From the NCBI GenBank assembly GCA_002269645.1, contig NIVC01000127.1, forward strand, positions 434,001 to 498,000: a DNA stretch of 64,000 bases, read 5' to 3'. The translations under genes were made by a program, and so were the position numbers. Shown here in pieces: positions 12,772 to 24,494 of this stretch. Below the pieces are notes generated by a model. It saw nothing but the letters and a program-made list of their open reading frames with translations, had not been told where the DNA came from and ran no database searches. The first letter of the stretch is position 1; the number at the start of each line of letters is the position of its first letter. The stretch is from Macrostomum lignano (taxonomy: Eukaryota).

Positions 12772-13500
12772 GCTAAATCCAATCTAATTCCAGACTAAAT
12801 CCAATCTAATTCCAGACTAAATCCAATCTAATTCCAGACTAAATCCAATCTAATTCCAGACTAAAGCCAATCTAATTCCAGACTAAAGCCAATCTAATTC
12901 CAGACTAAAGCCAATCTAATTCCAGACTAAATCCAATCTAATTCCAGACTAAATCCAATCTAATTCCAGACTAAAGCCAATCTAATTCCAGACTAAAGCC
13001 AATCTAATTCCAGACTAAAGCCAATCTAATTCCAGACTAAATCCAATCTAATTCCAGACTAAATCCAATCTAATTCCAGACTAAAGCCAATCTAATTCCA
13101 GACTAAAGCCAATCTAATTCCAGACTAAATCCAATCTAATTCCAGACTAAAGCCAATCTAATTGCAGACTAAAGCCAATCTAATTCCAGACTAAAGCCAA
13201 TCTAATTCCAGACTAAAGCCAATCTAATTCCAGACTAAAGCCAATCTAATTCCAGACTAAAGCCAATCTAATTCCAGACTAAAGCCAATCTAATTCCAGC
13301 CTATCTATTTCCAAAAGCAAAGCCAATCTATTTGCAAAACCAAAGCCTATCTATTTCCAAAAGCAAAGCCTATCTATTTCCAAAAGCAAAGCCTATCTAT
13401 TTCCAAAAGCAAAGCCTATCTATTTCCAAAAGCAAAGCCTATCTATTTGCAAAAGCAAAGCCTATCTATTTGCAAAAGCAAAGCCTATCTATTTGAAAAA
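12772..13500. repeat. Compound minisatellite: 22-bp (CTAAAKCCAATCTAATTCCAGA)n grading into 23-bp (AAGCAAAGCCTATCTATTTCCAA)n
   Basis: Tandem units seen directly; transition near 13300. Confidence 0.93.
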
Positions 13501-13555
13501 CAAGATAGAGTATTTCGTATACAGTCACTGACCAACTAACATCCTAGCCAAGCAT

Positions 13556-14719
13556 TCAACGATCCTTCTTTTCATTCTTGCCGGAATGATCGCCCTGAGC
13601 GCCGCAGCCCTCATCGGCGGACATCTCGGACTCGCTGCGAGTGTCCCGCTGCAGCTGGCCGTGAGTGACAGCCTGCCAGGCGATGCGCGAGATAAAATAG
13701 AACCAGACAACGTGCAGCACGAGCAGCACGCACAGGCACCCGTTGAAGGCCCAGTAGGCGCCGAACGGGCCCAGCTCGGCCCAGCTCTCCATCGAAGCGC
13801 TGCGAATCAGCCAGATAGGGAAGAGTAGCAGCCTAGTGACAAACCAGCCAATATAGAAGACAAAGAACACGCAGTCGCAGGCTGGTCTCTTATTAGCGTA
13901 GCCAAGGCACTTGGCCAGGTGAAGCGGCGGGTCAACCATGTCGTGCAGCAGCAGCACCAGGGCGCCGATGCGGACGAAATTGACGCACCAGCTGAATGCC
14001 ACCAGCCACACAGTAACCAGATGATGCACCAGCATCTCGAAGAAATCCTTGCGCTTAACGTCGTGAAATATGCTATAAAGCGAGGCTAAATAGAAGCCTA
14101 ACTGGCCGATGTAATAGCAGCGAACTGGCCAGGTCACGTGCAGATAGGGCCAGCCAAGCCAGCAGAGGCGGGTATTCCAAAAATATGGCTGCTGCAGCAG
14201 CACAGCAGCGCCACAGGTCAGCGCAACGCAATAATAGACAATAAACCAGGCGCTCTCAACGAATTTACGCAGCGTAGACGATTTCTCGGAGTTGCGACGC
14301 TGACGAAACCAGCGTTCGACGCGGCGAACCGGCCAGTCGAGCTGGCTGGCTGCGGCCAGCATGGCCGAACTGTCCGGACGCCGTTTGGCTGAGCGGTAAA
14401 GAGCCTCCAGAGTGGCGTTGGCCGGCGGCGCAGGCGTTGCGCTGGCCGACATGCCGGCCACACCGAGCCGGCGGCCGAGCGGCTCCAGCGCCGAGTGTTC
14501 GATAAAACGACGCGCCAGATGAATAACAGCCCCAAAAGCGACGGCGGCGCATAGGTGACGCGGACGGGGCGCGAACCTAGGACCGTTGCTTGGAGATTCG
14601 AAATCGGTGTCGGCAAACAAATCGTTCCAAGTAACGTTGTCGGGGAACCAGAACCGCTCCGACCAGAGTAGATCAGCTAGCATGGCTGTCTGCAACGGGT
14701 TTTTAACATTTCGATACAT
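13556..14719 (-). CDS. CERS: Ceramide synthase (LASS/CerS, Hox-like plus TLC domain), intronless CDS, 387 aa
   Basis: N-terminal WSERFWFPDNVTWNDL, homeobox-like QLDWPVRRVERWFRQRR, Lag1p motif RKDFFEMLVHHLVT...LLLHDMVDPPLHLAK, C-terminal DTRSESE. Confidence 0.95.
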   Translation of the reverse strand: MYRNVKNPLQTAMLADLLWSERFWFPDNVTWNDLFADTDFESPSNGPRFAPRPRHLCAAVAFGAVIHLARRFIEHSALEPLGRRLGVAGMSASATPAPPANATLEALYRSAKRRPDSSAMLAAASQLDWPVRRVERWFRQRRNSEKSSTLRKFVESAWFIVYYCVALTCGAAVLLQQPYFWNTRLCWLGWPYLHVTWPVRCYYIGQLGFYLASLYSIFHDVKRKDFFEMLVHHLVTVWLVAFSWCVNFVRIGALVLLLHDMVDPPLHLAKCLGYANKRPACDCVFFVFYIGWFVTRLLLFPIWLIRSASMESWAELGPFGAYWAFNGCLCVLLVLHVVWFYFISRIAWQAVTHGQLQRDTRSESEMSADEGCGAQGDHSGKNEKKDR

Positions 14720-14947
14720 ATCGGCTGTATAGATGCGGCTATCCTTGAAAGACTATTTTCGATACATATCGGCTATCCTGAAAGACTACTTTCGATACAT
14801 ATCGGCTATACACATGCGGCTATCCTGAAAGACTATTTTCGATAAATATCGGCTATACACGTGCGGCTATCCTGAAATATTATTTTCGATACATATCGGC
14901 TATACACGTGCGGCTATCCTGAAAGAGCATTTTCGATACATATCGGC
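14710..14947. repeat. Six tandem 33-48-bp copies of the CerS start-codon region (core TTTCGATACATATCGGCT)
   Basis: Core seen near 14710, 14758, 14791, 14838 (ATG mutated), 14885 and 14931; the first copy is the real ATG. Confidence 0.85.
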
Positions 14948-15589
14948 TTCATTAACATCTACGCCTTTGAGGAAGAAACTGAAAAAAAGAACTAAAAACA
15001 AACCAGACTGTTCGAAAATGTTTAATTAACTATATTTCCTAACAAAAAAGATATCCTATCTATTTAACTTTAAATCAATCAAAAGAAAGTTAGGGGATGA
15101 TGTATTAGCACAAAGTTATTCTGATACTATTTCGTAATCGTATGACTGATTGATAAGATAAAAGTGACAAATCGACGAGAACTGCAACGACAAACTAAAA
15201 AAATAGTTAAATCAAGCTTAAACAGTCTGATTGAGCAGTTACTTAATGCATATACACTCGTAATCGAAGAATTTAAAATTAAGAAAAAAAACTATTTAAT
15301 ATAACAACTTTTTTATTTGAAGATAAATAATTATGATAAAACATGTTCCGCAAACCGGGGAAGAGAGTATTAACAACTCATTTAATGGCTATAAATTTGA
15401 TGGATAATATCCCCTAGTAATTTTGTCACAACTAGAGGCATAATATGGCTTTGTAATTAAATATATATAAAAATCATTTACAAGATTACATGTAAGCTTC
15501 CAATTTCGACTTCTTTAATCAGAATAAGTTGCGTCTTAAAAATACATCACACATTACTTGGACAGACAAATCAGACGTCATGATTGAAC

Positions 15590-16790
15590 AAGACAGACAA
15601 TGAAGACACAGGCTTGACAGTAGACAGACAATGAAGACACAGGCTTGACAGTAGACAGACAATGAAGACACAGGCTTGACAGTAGAAAGACAGTAAAGAC
15701 AGGCTTGACAGTAGACAGACAGTAAAGACAGGCTTGACAGTAGACAGACAATGAAGACACAGGCTTGACAGTAGACAGACAGTAAAGACAGGCTTGACAG
15801 TAGACAGACAGTAAAGACAGGCTTGACAGTAGACAGACAGTAAAGACAGGCTTGACAGTAGACAGACAATGAAGACACAGGCTTGACAGTAGACAGACAA
15901 TGAAGACACAGGCTTGACAGTAGACAGACAATGAAGACACAGGCTTGACAGTAGACAGACAGTAAAGACAGGCTTGACAGTAGACAGACAGTAAAGACAG
16001 GCTTGACAGTAGACAGACAATGAAGACACAGGCTTGACAGTAGACAGACAGTAAAGACAGGCTTGACAGTAGACAGACAGTAAAGACAGGCTTGACAGTA
16101 GACAGACAGTAAAGACAGGCTTGACAGTAGACAGACAGTAAAGACAGGCTTGACAGTAGACAGACAGTAAAGACAGGCTTGACAGTAGACAGACAGTAAA
16201 GACAGGCTTGACAGTAGACAGACAGTAAAGACAGGCTTGACAGTAGACAGACAATGAAGACACAGGCTTGACAGTAGACAGACAGTAAAGACAGGCTTGA
16301 CAGTAGACAGACAGTAAAGACAGGCTTGACAGTAGACAGACAGTAAAGACAGGCTTGACAGTAGACAGACAATGAAGACACAGGCTTGACAGTAGACAGA
16401 CAATGAAGACACAGGCTTGACAGTAGACAGACAATGAAGACACAGGCTTGACAGTAGACAGACAGTAAAGACAGGCTTGACAGTAGACAGACAGTAAAGA
16501 CAGGCTTGACAGTAGACAGACAATGAAGACACAGGCTTGACAGTAGACAGACAGTAAAGACAGGCTTGACAGTAGACAGACAGTAAAGACAGGCTTGACA
16601 GTAGACAGACAGTAAAGACAGGCTTGACAGTAGACAGACAGTAAAGACAGGCTTGACAGTAGACAGACAGTAAAGACAGGCTTGACAGTAGACAGACAGT
16701 AAAGACAGGCTTGACAGTAGACAGACAGTAAAGACAGGCTTGACAGTAGACAGACAGTAAAGACAGGCTTGACAGTAGACAGACAGCACA
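15590..16790. repeat. 29/31-bp two-variant minisatellite (GACAGGCTTGACAGTAGACAGACAGTAAA / GACACAGGCTTGACAGTAGACAGACAATGAA)
   Basis: About 40 units of two interleaved types. Confidence 0.96.
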
Positions 16791-16873
16791 GACTCGTACA
16801 GCAAGTCTAATCCAAAACTTAAGCCGCATATTAAAAATAGCTAAAAATCAGGATAAATTTATTAAACTCGATG

Positions 16874-17405
16874 TTAATTATCCTTCTTTCGACTATCGCT
16901 AGTACGAAGAGTAGTAGCAGCCTCATCGGAGACTGACAGGTCTTTACTAAGCCGGCGCAATCGCAGCAGCACCAGATGAGGCACCAGAGCTACGCACAGG
17001 TTAATAGCCAAAAATATGGCTCTGGGCCCGGCCTGCGACGGGACCCGCCTAGCAAACGGAGTGCGCAGGTGAAATGGCGCCAAAGTGTAGGAGAACTGGC
17101 CCTGAGCAACGGCGCCTGCGGCAACTAGCGACCAGTCTAACAGAGCTCGTATATTTAGCCCGGTTGCCGGGGCCAGCAGAGCCCTAGCAACGGCTAGCAG
17201 GAACGGTGCTAGAAAATAGGCGTAAGTGAGCAGCTGGAATAGTGGAAATCTTTCCGCGTCACCGCTGTAGGGATCAACATCAACGGCCAGGTAGCGGCAC
17301 ACCGGGTGATTGCAGCCGACGGCAACTACAGCTCGAAGCAGGCAGAGACAAGCGGTTGCTATGCAGGCCAATGCGAGACAGGCGTCGGCTAAACCGGGGA
17401 AGCGT
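16874..17405 (-). CDS. TM6SF1: TM6SF1-like EXPERA-domain membrane protein, exon 2
   Basis: AGAVAQGQFSYTLAPFHLRTPFARRVP...FLAINLCVALVPHL matches recalled TM6SF1 [27 protein letters not shown]...FLALNIAYGVLPQL. Acceptor tgccag|A at 17406/17405 is phase 2. Confidence 0.85.
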
Positions 17406-18037
17406 CTGGCATGATTGGCATTCAATATTGAGACATTATGAACTTTTGATCTTTTGATTGTTTATAGGATGCACCTCCCCTGATTTAGCTCCTCCCCTAG
17501 AGGGAGTGCAGTTCGAGTGGCTGTGTGGCTGTTTGTGCATACGTCTGTTTATCGTATAAGAGCCCGCTACTTTTACCATAGATATATAATCATATTGTAC
17601 CATAGACATTCTCCTAAAGCTACACCAGAGTGAGCGACGGGGGTGTGAGAACGGAGTCCCCACCCATTATTACCATAAAATATTTTGTGTTTTCTATAAA
17701 TAAAAAAGTCAGAAAGTTCCAGGCAGTTAGGTCTATGGCTATTAACAGGCATAGATATTGGCCATCCAGGAAAAAAAGACATTTGTACAATAGTTTCTTA
17801 TAACTTTTGCTTCCGTTCAGTTCCCTTCATTCTAGAATAGAATAGTCTATTGTTTCAAGTGGAGGCTTCGCCCGGGTCTATGAGAATTTCCTGCAGGAAG
17901 TTTTCTCGCCGAGGTTTGCCCGCGCGAGCTTTTCCCGCGGCGAGGTTTTCCCGCAGGGTTTTTACAGTCGGAATTTCAAGTCAAATCCAATCGGATTTGA
18001 AACCTAGTCTAGTCTAGTTCCAATCTAGTCTAGTTTA

Positions 18038-19390
18038 CTTCGGCTGTCCGGAAAGTCGTGAGAATGTGTCAATTAAGCAAGAAAGCAGCAAGCTGTTGAC
18101 GTGGCACACAGAAATTTTCAATAATAGACTCATATAGGTCTATGGTGAAAATTCTTGTTACTCTAGTAGCAAAATTGGGGGCAGGGGCGAGCTCAGTATA
18201 AAGTGCTCAATAGCAAATGCAACGCGGTGATCAAGCTTGAAAATTTTGACAGCGAGTTCTTCAAAATGGAAGACTTCCAGGGTTACATGCCTATGCTAGA
18301 TACCGTCTTGGAATCTCCACTCTCAGCTGTCATGACGAGCTGCTCAAAGTTTATGGAGATGCTGCACCAGGTCAGTCAACGGTTTACAGATGGTATTCGA
18401 AGTTCTGTGACGAAGCATTTCCCCGGTCTCAGCTCCTCGGACTGGCCGGCCACGGTCAACAAGGACAACGGAACTGATCGAAACCTGCCGAGCTCTTGTT
18501 GAAGAGGATCCAAAAGTTAGTGTCCGAGACCTCGCTGACTTTTTGGAAGTTGGAAAAACAACATTGCACGAAATTTTGACTGAGGATTTGCACCTTCGAA
18601 ACGTTTCTGCTGTCTGGGTTCCGCATGCTCTATCCGAGGAGAACAAGACTGCTCGCATCAATTGTGCCAAGCAAATTCGCAGGCTTTTTTACAACAAAGG
18701 GCATGGAAAACTTTTGCGACAAGTACGTGATGGAGGATGATACATGGGTGTACCTGAACAACACTGGCACAAAGCAAAACAACAGGTGCTGGCTTGGCCA
18801 AGGGGATCATCGGCCCCAGGTTGTCAGGCACTCAGTCGGCAATGCAAAGACAATGCTTCTGGTTGCTTTTACTCCAAACAAGCGCTTCTCCATTGAATCC
18901 ACAGCCCCAAAGCAAACTGTTGATGCAAATGGCATAGTTGAGTTCATTCGGCACACCGGAGACCTATGGCGTACTCTCAGGTCAAGGCAATTCATCTGTC
19001 GGATTTTCTTTGGCAGTGGGACAATGCGCGACCTCACGTAGCCCGTTCTGTGCAGCAGTACATGGAGTCCCGTGGAGTTCAGCTGGTGTTTCAGAGTCCT
19101 TACAGCCCAGACTTCAATTTGTGCGACCGTTTTTTGTTCAGTTGGATGAAGACTGATTTCTCCAGGCGAGTGTTCAGCGACCACAATGAAGTTCGAGAAG
19201 CTGCGTTGCAATAGGCAAGAGGCCTTGACGAAGATTGCTTGAAAAGAGAGGTTCAGCGACTCGTTGACCATTGCCAAGCTGTAATCAACGCAAGGAAAGA
19301 TTACATTACCAACTAGTACAGTTATCGTGTTTTCTGATAGTTCTGACTGGTTTTTTAAATACATTCTCACAACTTTCCGGACAGCCGGAG
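18038..19390 (+). mobile_element. Mariner (DD34D) DNA transposon, 1353 bp, in the TM6SF1 intron
   Basis: 30-bp TIRs CTYCGGCTGTCCGGAAAGTYGTGAGAATGT (18038-18067 and 19361-19390) flanked by TA at 18036-18037 and 19391-19392. Confidence 0.95.
18266..19316 (+). pseudogene. Frameshifted mariner transposase
   Basis: HTH segment VYGDAAPGQSTVYRWYSKF, WVPHAL, EDDTWVY, WDNARPH, YSPDFNLCD (34 residues between 2nd and 3rd D) split over several frames; premature TAG at 19212. Confidence 0.93.
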
Positions 19391-19880
19391 TATGTCTAGT
19401 CTAGCGTAGTTCTAATCTACTCCAGCACTGTCTATAGACTGGATTTGACTTGAAATTCCGACTGTAAGAAACCCTGCGGGAAAAACTCTCGCGGGAAAAA
19501 ATCGGCGGGGAAATTCTCGTGCTCCCCTTCGCCCTTACCCACACCCCAGTCCGGCACCCAGACTGAATAATGTCTATGGCATATCAATGGATATAGATGA
19601 AGAAATTCTATAGAAAGAATAATTAGAATAATGCCTACAGTTGTCATGCCTATGTTTAGTAGCGCTGGCTGATGTAGATTCTAACTGTTTTTAGCGTCTT
19701 CTTCATAAAATAGCTTACACATTCTTCTTTGCTACTAAACTAAAAGTAGTAGAGAAACTGTTAAACCAATTATAAGCGTGTGACCAATCTTAGTTATGAT
19801 AAGAAAGCAGCTCATTTCATGTTTCGCCTCTGCTATGATACAGGAAGAAAAAAAGGTTATAATTTGCTAATTTCACCTAC

Positions 19881-20497
19881 CTGGCACGCAGGCCAGCCAG
19901 ACAGGCGGGCCGCAGGCCAGCGTCCGACCAGTCGGCGGTTCGCAGAGCCCTGTGCAGCACGTACAGCGGGTAGAGTGCAAACGGTACATTAAGCAGCAAA
20001 GCCGGCCTAAGCTGATGAGGCCCGCAGGCTGCGCCGCATAGCAACACAATAATACTATTCATCATAGAGCCGAACCAGTACAGACTGGTGTGCCTGTACT
20101 CGCCATTCCAGTAGATAGCGGTAACCATGTACAGGTACTGGGCGTAGTGCACCACACCGTCCCAGTAGTTGATGTACAATCCGTGCGAAGTTTTCAAATA
20201 CGACTCGCCCTTTTCCAGATAGAAATCGGCAAATCCGTCAACAAAGCCGTCCATGTCCATGGAGATCACCATGTCGATGGCGCAGCCGAAGCAGCCAAGC
20301 GCGAACGGGAAATACAGAGGCTCAATAGGCTTGCCTTTGTCCATGCCCAGCCAGATTATGAAGCAGATGGCGGACAGCACGGCTACTCCGATCGCTAAGA
20401 TGACGGGCTCGGTCAGCTCCGAGCGGAAGTGATTGCAGATGAAACTGATTGGCACCGCGCTCACTGAGCACATTAACACCAGGAGGGGCACGTGCAT
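19881..20497 (-). CDS. TM6SF1: TM6SF1-like EXPERA-domain membrane protein, exon 1
   Basis: [27 protein letters not shown] matches recalled TM6SF1 [27 protein letters not shown]. Donor CCAG|gtaggt at 19881/19880 is phase 2. Confidence 0.92.
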
Positions 20498-20569
20498 GCT
20501 GGCGGCTTGCTAGCTTCTTGCATGAAATATTAGTATGGGAAAGCGCCTGTGAATGCATACTGCCTATAT

Positions 20570-20901
<332 letters not shown>

Positions 20902-21339
20902 TAGAAAATCCCAGTAATAAGCACAAAAATATTTTATTAAATGGAGTTAACGTACTCGCACTTAAAACATCTGTAAAATCTCATATTTGGCTAACTTTAT
21001 TGCAAATGGCAAACAGTTACACTGTAGAAATCACAGAGAGGAATTACCTATTCATATAATCGCTTATTGAAAGATTCTGTAGTGCAGTGGAAATCAATAC
21101 AATAATTAAAGCAGCGAAATCGATGAAAGTTTTTTACTACATTTAATGGAAGTCTTTCTGACATGATTTTATGAAATTTAGTCAAAAATAACAAGACACT
21201 AAAAATGCGAGAAATAATACACAAATATACTGCTTAGACACTAATCAATTTGTTCATTAAGTCGCCATGTACGAGCGTAACTAAAAACTTCATTCAGAAT
21301 CCTTGAAGTGACGGCAAGAGTTGCTTTTAGTTCCTCGAG

Positions 21340-21545
21340 TGCTGAGTCATTTTGAGTCCTCTCGAGCACACAGTTATTTAGAGTCCCTCTAGTGCTCAGT
21401 CATTTTGAGTCCCTCGAGCGCTCAGTCATTTTGAGTCCTCTCGAGCACACAGTTATTTAGAGTCCCTATAGTGCTCAGTCATTCTGAGTCCCCTTGAGTG
21501 TGCTCAGTCACTTCGAGTCTCCCTCAAGAGTGCGGGACTCAAGAG
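21340..21545. repeat. Degenerate tandem repeat (GAGTCATTTTGAGTCCTCTCGAGC-type) in the AP5Z1 3' region
   Basis: Block 21346-21400 is repeated at about 21423-21480. Confidence 0.6.
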
Positions 21546-21607
21546 TGCTCCGTCATGCCTAGTGAAGCTTTGTTGTTCTACCCAACTAACGGTTCAGTTT
21601 TAAATCA

Positions 21608-21877
21608 CTACAGTTCGAGCCCAAGCCTAGTAACCAGCTGAGTAACTCGGGCCACAGACTGCGGATTCTCGTGCGCCCGAAGGCCTTCAAGCGCCGTTGA
21701 CCAGTCGGGCTGCAGAACGTGCGGTCCAACAGTTGGCTGACGCAGAAGAGCCAGCAGTTCTCCTAGTCGGGTGAGCAGGCATTGAATCTCTGCGTAGCCG
21801 CAGTCAGGCGACGGTGGGCAGGACTCGGCGTAGGTCCGAATCTTAGTCAGCACTAGCAGGCACCGGTGCATATTGTC
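21608..21877 (-). CDS. AP5Z1: AP-5 complex subunit zeta-1, exon 6 (terminal)
   Basis: Q|DNMHRCLLVLTKIR...TRLGELLALLRQPTVGPHVLQP matches recalled QDLIPRASLLLSKMR...TRATELLTLLKMPSVAQFVLTP. Acceptor cccgctag at 21878. Confidence 0.88.
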   Translation of the reverse strand, partial: DNMHRCLLVLTKIRTYAESCPPSPDCGYAEIQCLLTRLGELLALLRQPTVGPHVLQPDWSTALEGLRAHENPQSVARVTQLVTRLGLEL

Positions 21878-21944
21878 CTAGCGGGAATAAAGCCATGGAA
21901 GCTTGATTAGCCCCGCACCTGAATGGCTCCTTGATTAGCCCGGA

Positions 21945-22055
21945 TTCATGACCCACTGCTGAGCCCGGAATCATGACCCACTGCTGAGCCCGGAATCATG
22001 ACCCACTGCTGAGCCCGGAATCATGACCCACTGCTGAGCCCGGAATCATGACCCT
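21945..22055. repeat. 25-bp minisatellite (CATGACCCACTGCTGAGCCCGGAAT)x4 in AP5Z1 intron 5
   Basis: Direct tandem copies. Confidence 0.85.
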
Positions 22056-22120
22056 AGCTTTCGGTCTGCCTGCAGCTCTATATGCCCAACCTCAACAGCA
22101 CCAGTAGCACCAGGGCTCAC

Positions 22121-22855
22121 CTGTACAGAGCAGGCCACCTTGGCCAGGCTGGTGGCCAGACAGCACCAAAGTCGGGGCGGCAGAGCCGACCAGCCGAGTT
22201 TCGCAGCCAGAATCTCGTAGGCCAACAGTTCCAGGCACTCATACAGCCGGGCGATGCGCTGAGCCTCGCTTTCGCCGGCCACCTCGCCAGAATCCGCGCC
22301 GTCCAACTCGTCATTGTCGGCGCGTCGTCTGCTGCAGGCTTCGCCGAAGCCCCACAATAAAGTGAGGTACATCGGCAGCGCCCGGCCAATTGCTCGCTTC
22401 CATTGGGCCGCGGCGAAGTCCAGGCACTCGTCCAGCTGGTCCAGCAGCGCCCTCGGCCGCCGATCAATCAGTCGGCGAGCCAGCAGGGCCAACCGTCTGG
22501 CCACGGCGTCGGCGTGTCGATGTCCGCCGAACACCAGCAGGCTGCGCTCGGCCAGAGCGGGCAGCATCCGGCTCAAACAGTCGCCGCAATCGCCGCCGCC
22601 GCCGACATCGTCATTGGCAGCGGAGCTGTAGACTTCGTCTGCTGTCAGTAGCAAAATCAAATTGGCGAATTCGTCCAATAGGCGGAGACTGGCAGAGCAG
22701 GCGGCGACAACAAGCGGTCCACCTGTAGTTTGCTGCTGTTGCCGCTGCTGCTGCCGCTGCTGGCCTGACAGATAGTCGAATAGCACTTCAAGCTTAGCGG
22801 CAGTGTCGCCTGCGCCGGAGGTGTCACGAGTCAGGAACAGAGCGTAAGGCTGAAT
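22121..22855 (-). CDS. AP5Z1: AP5Z1 exon 5
   Basis: LLWGFGE, LYECLELLAYEI and LATSLAKVA resemble recalled VVWAIGE, FFEALEALLFEV and LMTTLTKLA. Acceptor caacag|ATT (22849 is an alternative); donor CAG|gtgagc; both phase 0. Confidence 0.85.
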
Positions 22856-23299
22856 CTGTTGTAAGGTTAGAGAGTAGTGTAGCGTGTTTCAGTTACAGAG
22901 GCGGGGGGCTGTGTGCGAGTGAGAGGCATCTCGCGAGAGGCGAGAGACACAACCGGCGAGAGGCATTACTGCCCATTCTACCCTGAGCAGGCACACAAGC
23001 GCACAGATACAGGCCCGCGAACAGCGGCCCTAACCTTATTTTTTATCGTTAGGCATGTACGCTTCATTGTGTCTTGGGGTGGCCTTCAAGGGCGTTGATT
23101 GTACGAACAGATTCAAGCCGAGATTCCAATTCAGCCCCAAATTAATTTGACTGCACTTGGAATCGAGCCCGGGCCGCTGCGCCAGACCACTGCATCAAAT
23201 AAGGTTTTATCACAGACAATTTTGGGATTACTCGTAAAGTCGACAAACAGATGAAGCCACCTAAGACCCAACACATGCCAGCTTCATGTGATCGTCATA

Positions 23300-23398
23300 T
23301 AAAAGCTGAATTCAAGGCACAGAGTGTACACGCCTGACGATTAGAAAGTCAGGACTAGACCACTGTACACCCTGTGTGAGCGTGTGTTTGAGTGCGTG
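23300..23398 (+). mobile_element. SINE body fragment (same family as 7.6, 41.1/42.9 and 60.1 kb copies)
   Basis: CAAGGCACAGAG...GCCTGACGATTAGAAAGTCAG...CTGTACACCCTGTGTGAGCGTGTGT. Confidence 0.6.
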
Positions 23399-23402
23399 CC
23401 CT

Positions 23403-23948
23403 CACTCACATTAGGCAACACTCACATTAGGCAACACTCACATTAGGCAACACTCACATTAGGCAACACTCACATTAGGCAACACTCACATTAGGCAACA
23501 CTCACATTAGGCAACACTCACATTAGGCAACACTCACATTAGGCAACACTCACATTAGGCAACACTCACATTAGGCAACACTCACATTAGGCAACACTCA
23601 CATTAGGCAACACTCACATTAGGCAACACTCACATTAGGCAACACTCACATTAGGCAACACTCACATTAGGCAACACTCACATTAGGCAACACTCACATT
23701 AGGCAGCAGCTCTCCGCTTGAGGTGTTTTTCAATTCAATTTTTGCTTTTGACTCAAAAAAATTTTTTTACTTGTCACTCGTTATAAAATACATAGCTTGG
23801 AGGTCGCTTTTTCGCTGTGCGCCTCCCGCGCGTTGCTCGCCTTTCACATTAGGCATCACTCACATTAGGCAACACTCACATTAGGCAACAATCACATTAG
23901 GCAACACTCACATTAGGCAACACTCATATTAGGCAACACTCACATTAG
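23403..23948. repeat. 16-bp minisatellite (GGCAACACTCACATTA)n in two arrays (about 23403-23705 and 23847-23948), spanning the exon 4 donor
   Basis: Reverse strand unit TAAT|GTGAGTGTTGCC repeats the real 5' splice site. Confidence 0.93.
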
Positions 23949-24357
23949 CAGGGAGTTGCGCAATAAAATCCGGACCCAGCGATTCCAACCGATTCAACTC
24001 GTACAGAGCAGACAGGCAGGGCAAATCGATGAGGCAGTGCAGCATCTCCAGGCTGCAGGCGGGCGACAGGCAAGCTGGCAGGATCTTATCGGCAAACATG
24101 TCAGCAAAGGTAGACGGCCACCTGGCTAGCAGTTTGATGAAGCTGGGAAAATGGCGGACAGTGATTCCATGCTCCCAGCATAATGGTTCGGCATTATCGG
24201 CAGTGAACCGGAGCAATTCTAAGCAGAACTCTTGCGAATTAATCAGCCGATCGATGCAGACTGTGTACAGCGGCGCGAGGAATTGCGGAGCGTCTTTGCC
24301 AACGCTGGCGTGGTGAGTTAATAAAAATCTTGCCAGTGTCACGTGCAGCGTTGCCGA
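23944..24357 (-). CDS. AP5Z1: AP5Z1 exon 4
   Basis: HFPSFIKLLAR...SLEMLHCLIDLPCLSALYEL matches recalled SFPNLFKFLAW...ALEMLHALLDLPCLTAVLDL. Acceptor ccacag|TCG, donor AAT|gtgagt. Confidence 0.93.
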
Positions 24358-24494
24358 CTGTGGAATGGGTAAATTCACATTAGCAAATTACCACTGTTAT
24401 TTTTTACATAAAATACTAACACTGAATTTTAAGTCGGCCTGGTCTGCTTGTGCCATAATCGCAGAGAAGATAGATTTGGCCGCTGAAAATTTTG

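Larger units (their letters stand above)
17882..19519. mobile_element. Foldback/MITE-like element with about 60-100-bp inverted arms and a (CTAGT)n centre, hosting the mariner
   Basis: 17930-17988 (TTTTCCCGC...TTACAGTCGGAATTTCAAGTCAAATCC) is the near reverse complement of 19441-19499; the match extends loosely to GAGAATTTCC. Confidence 0.7.
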
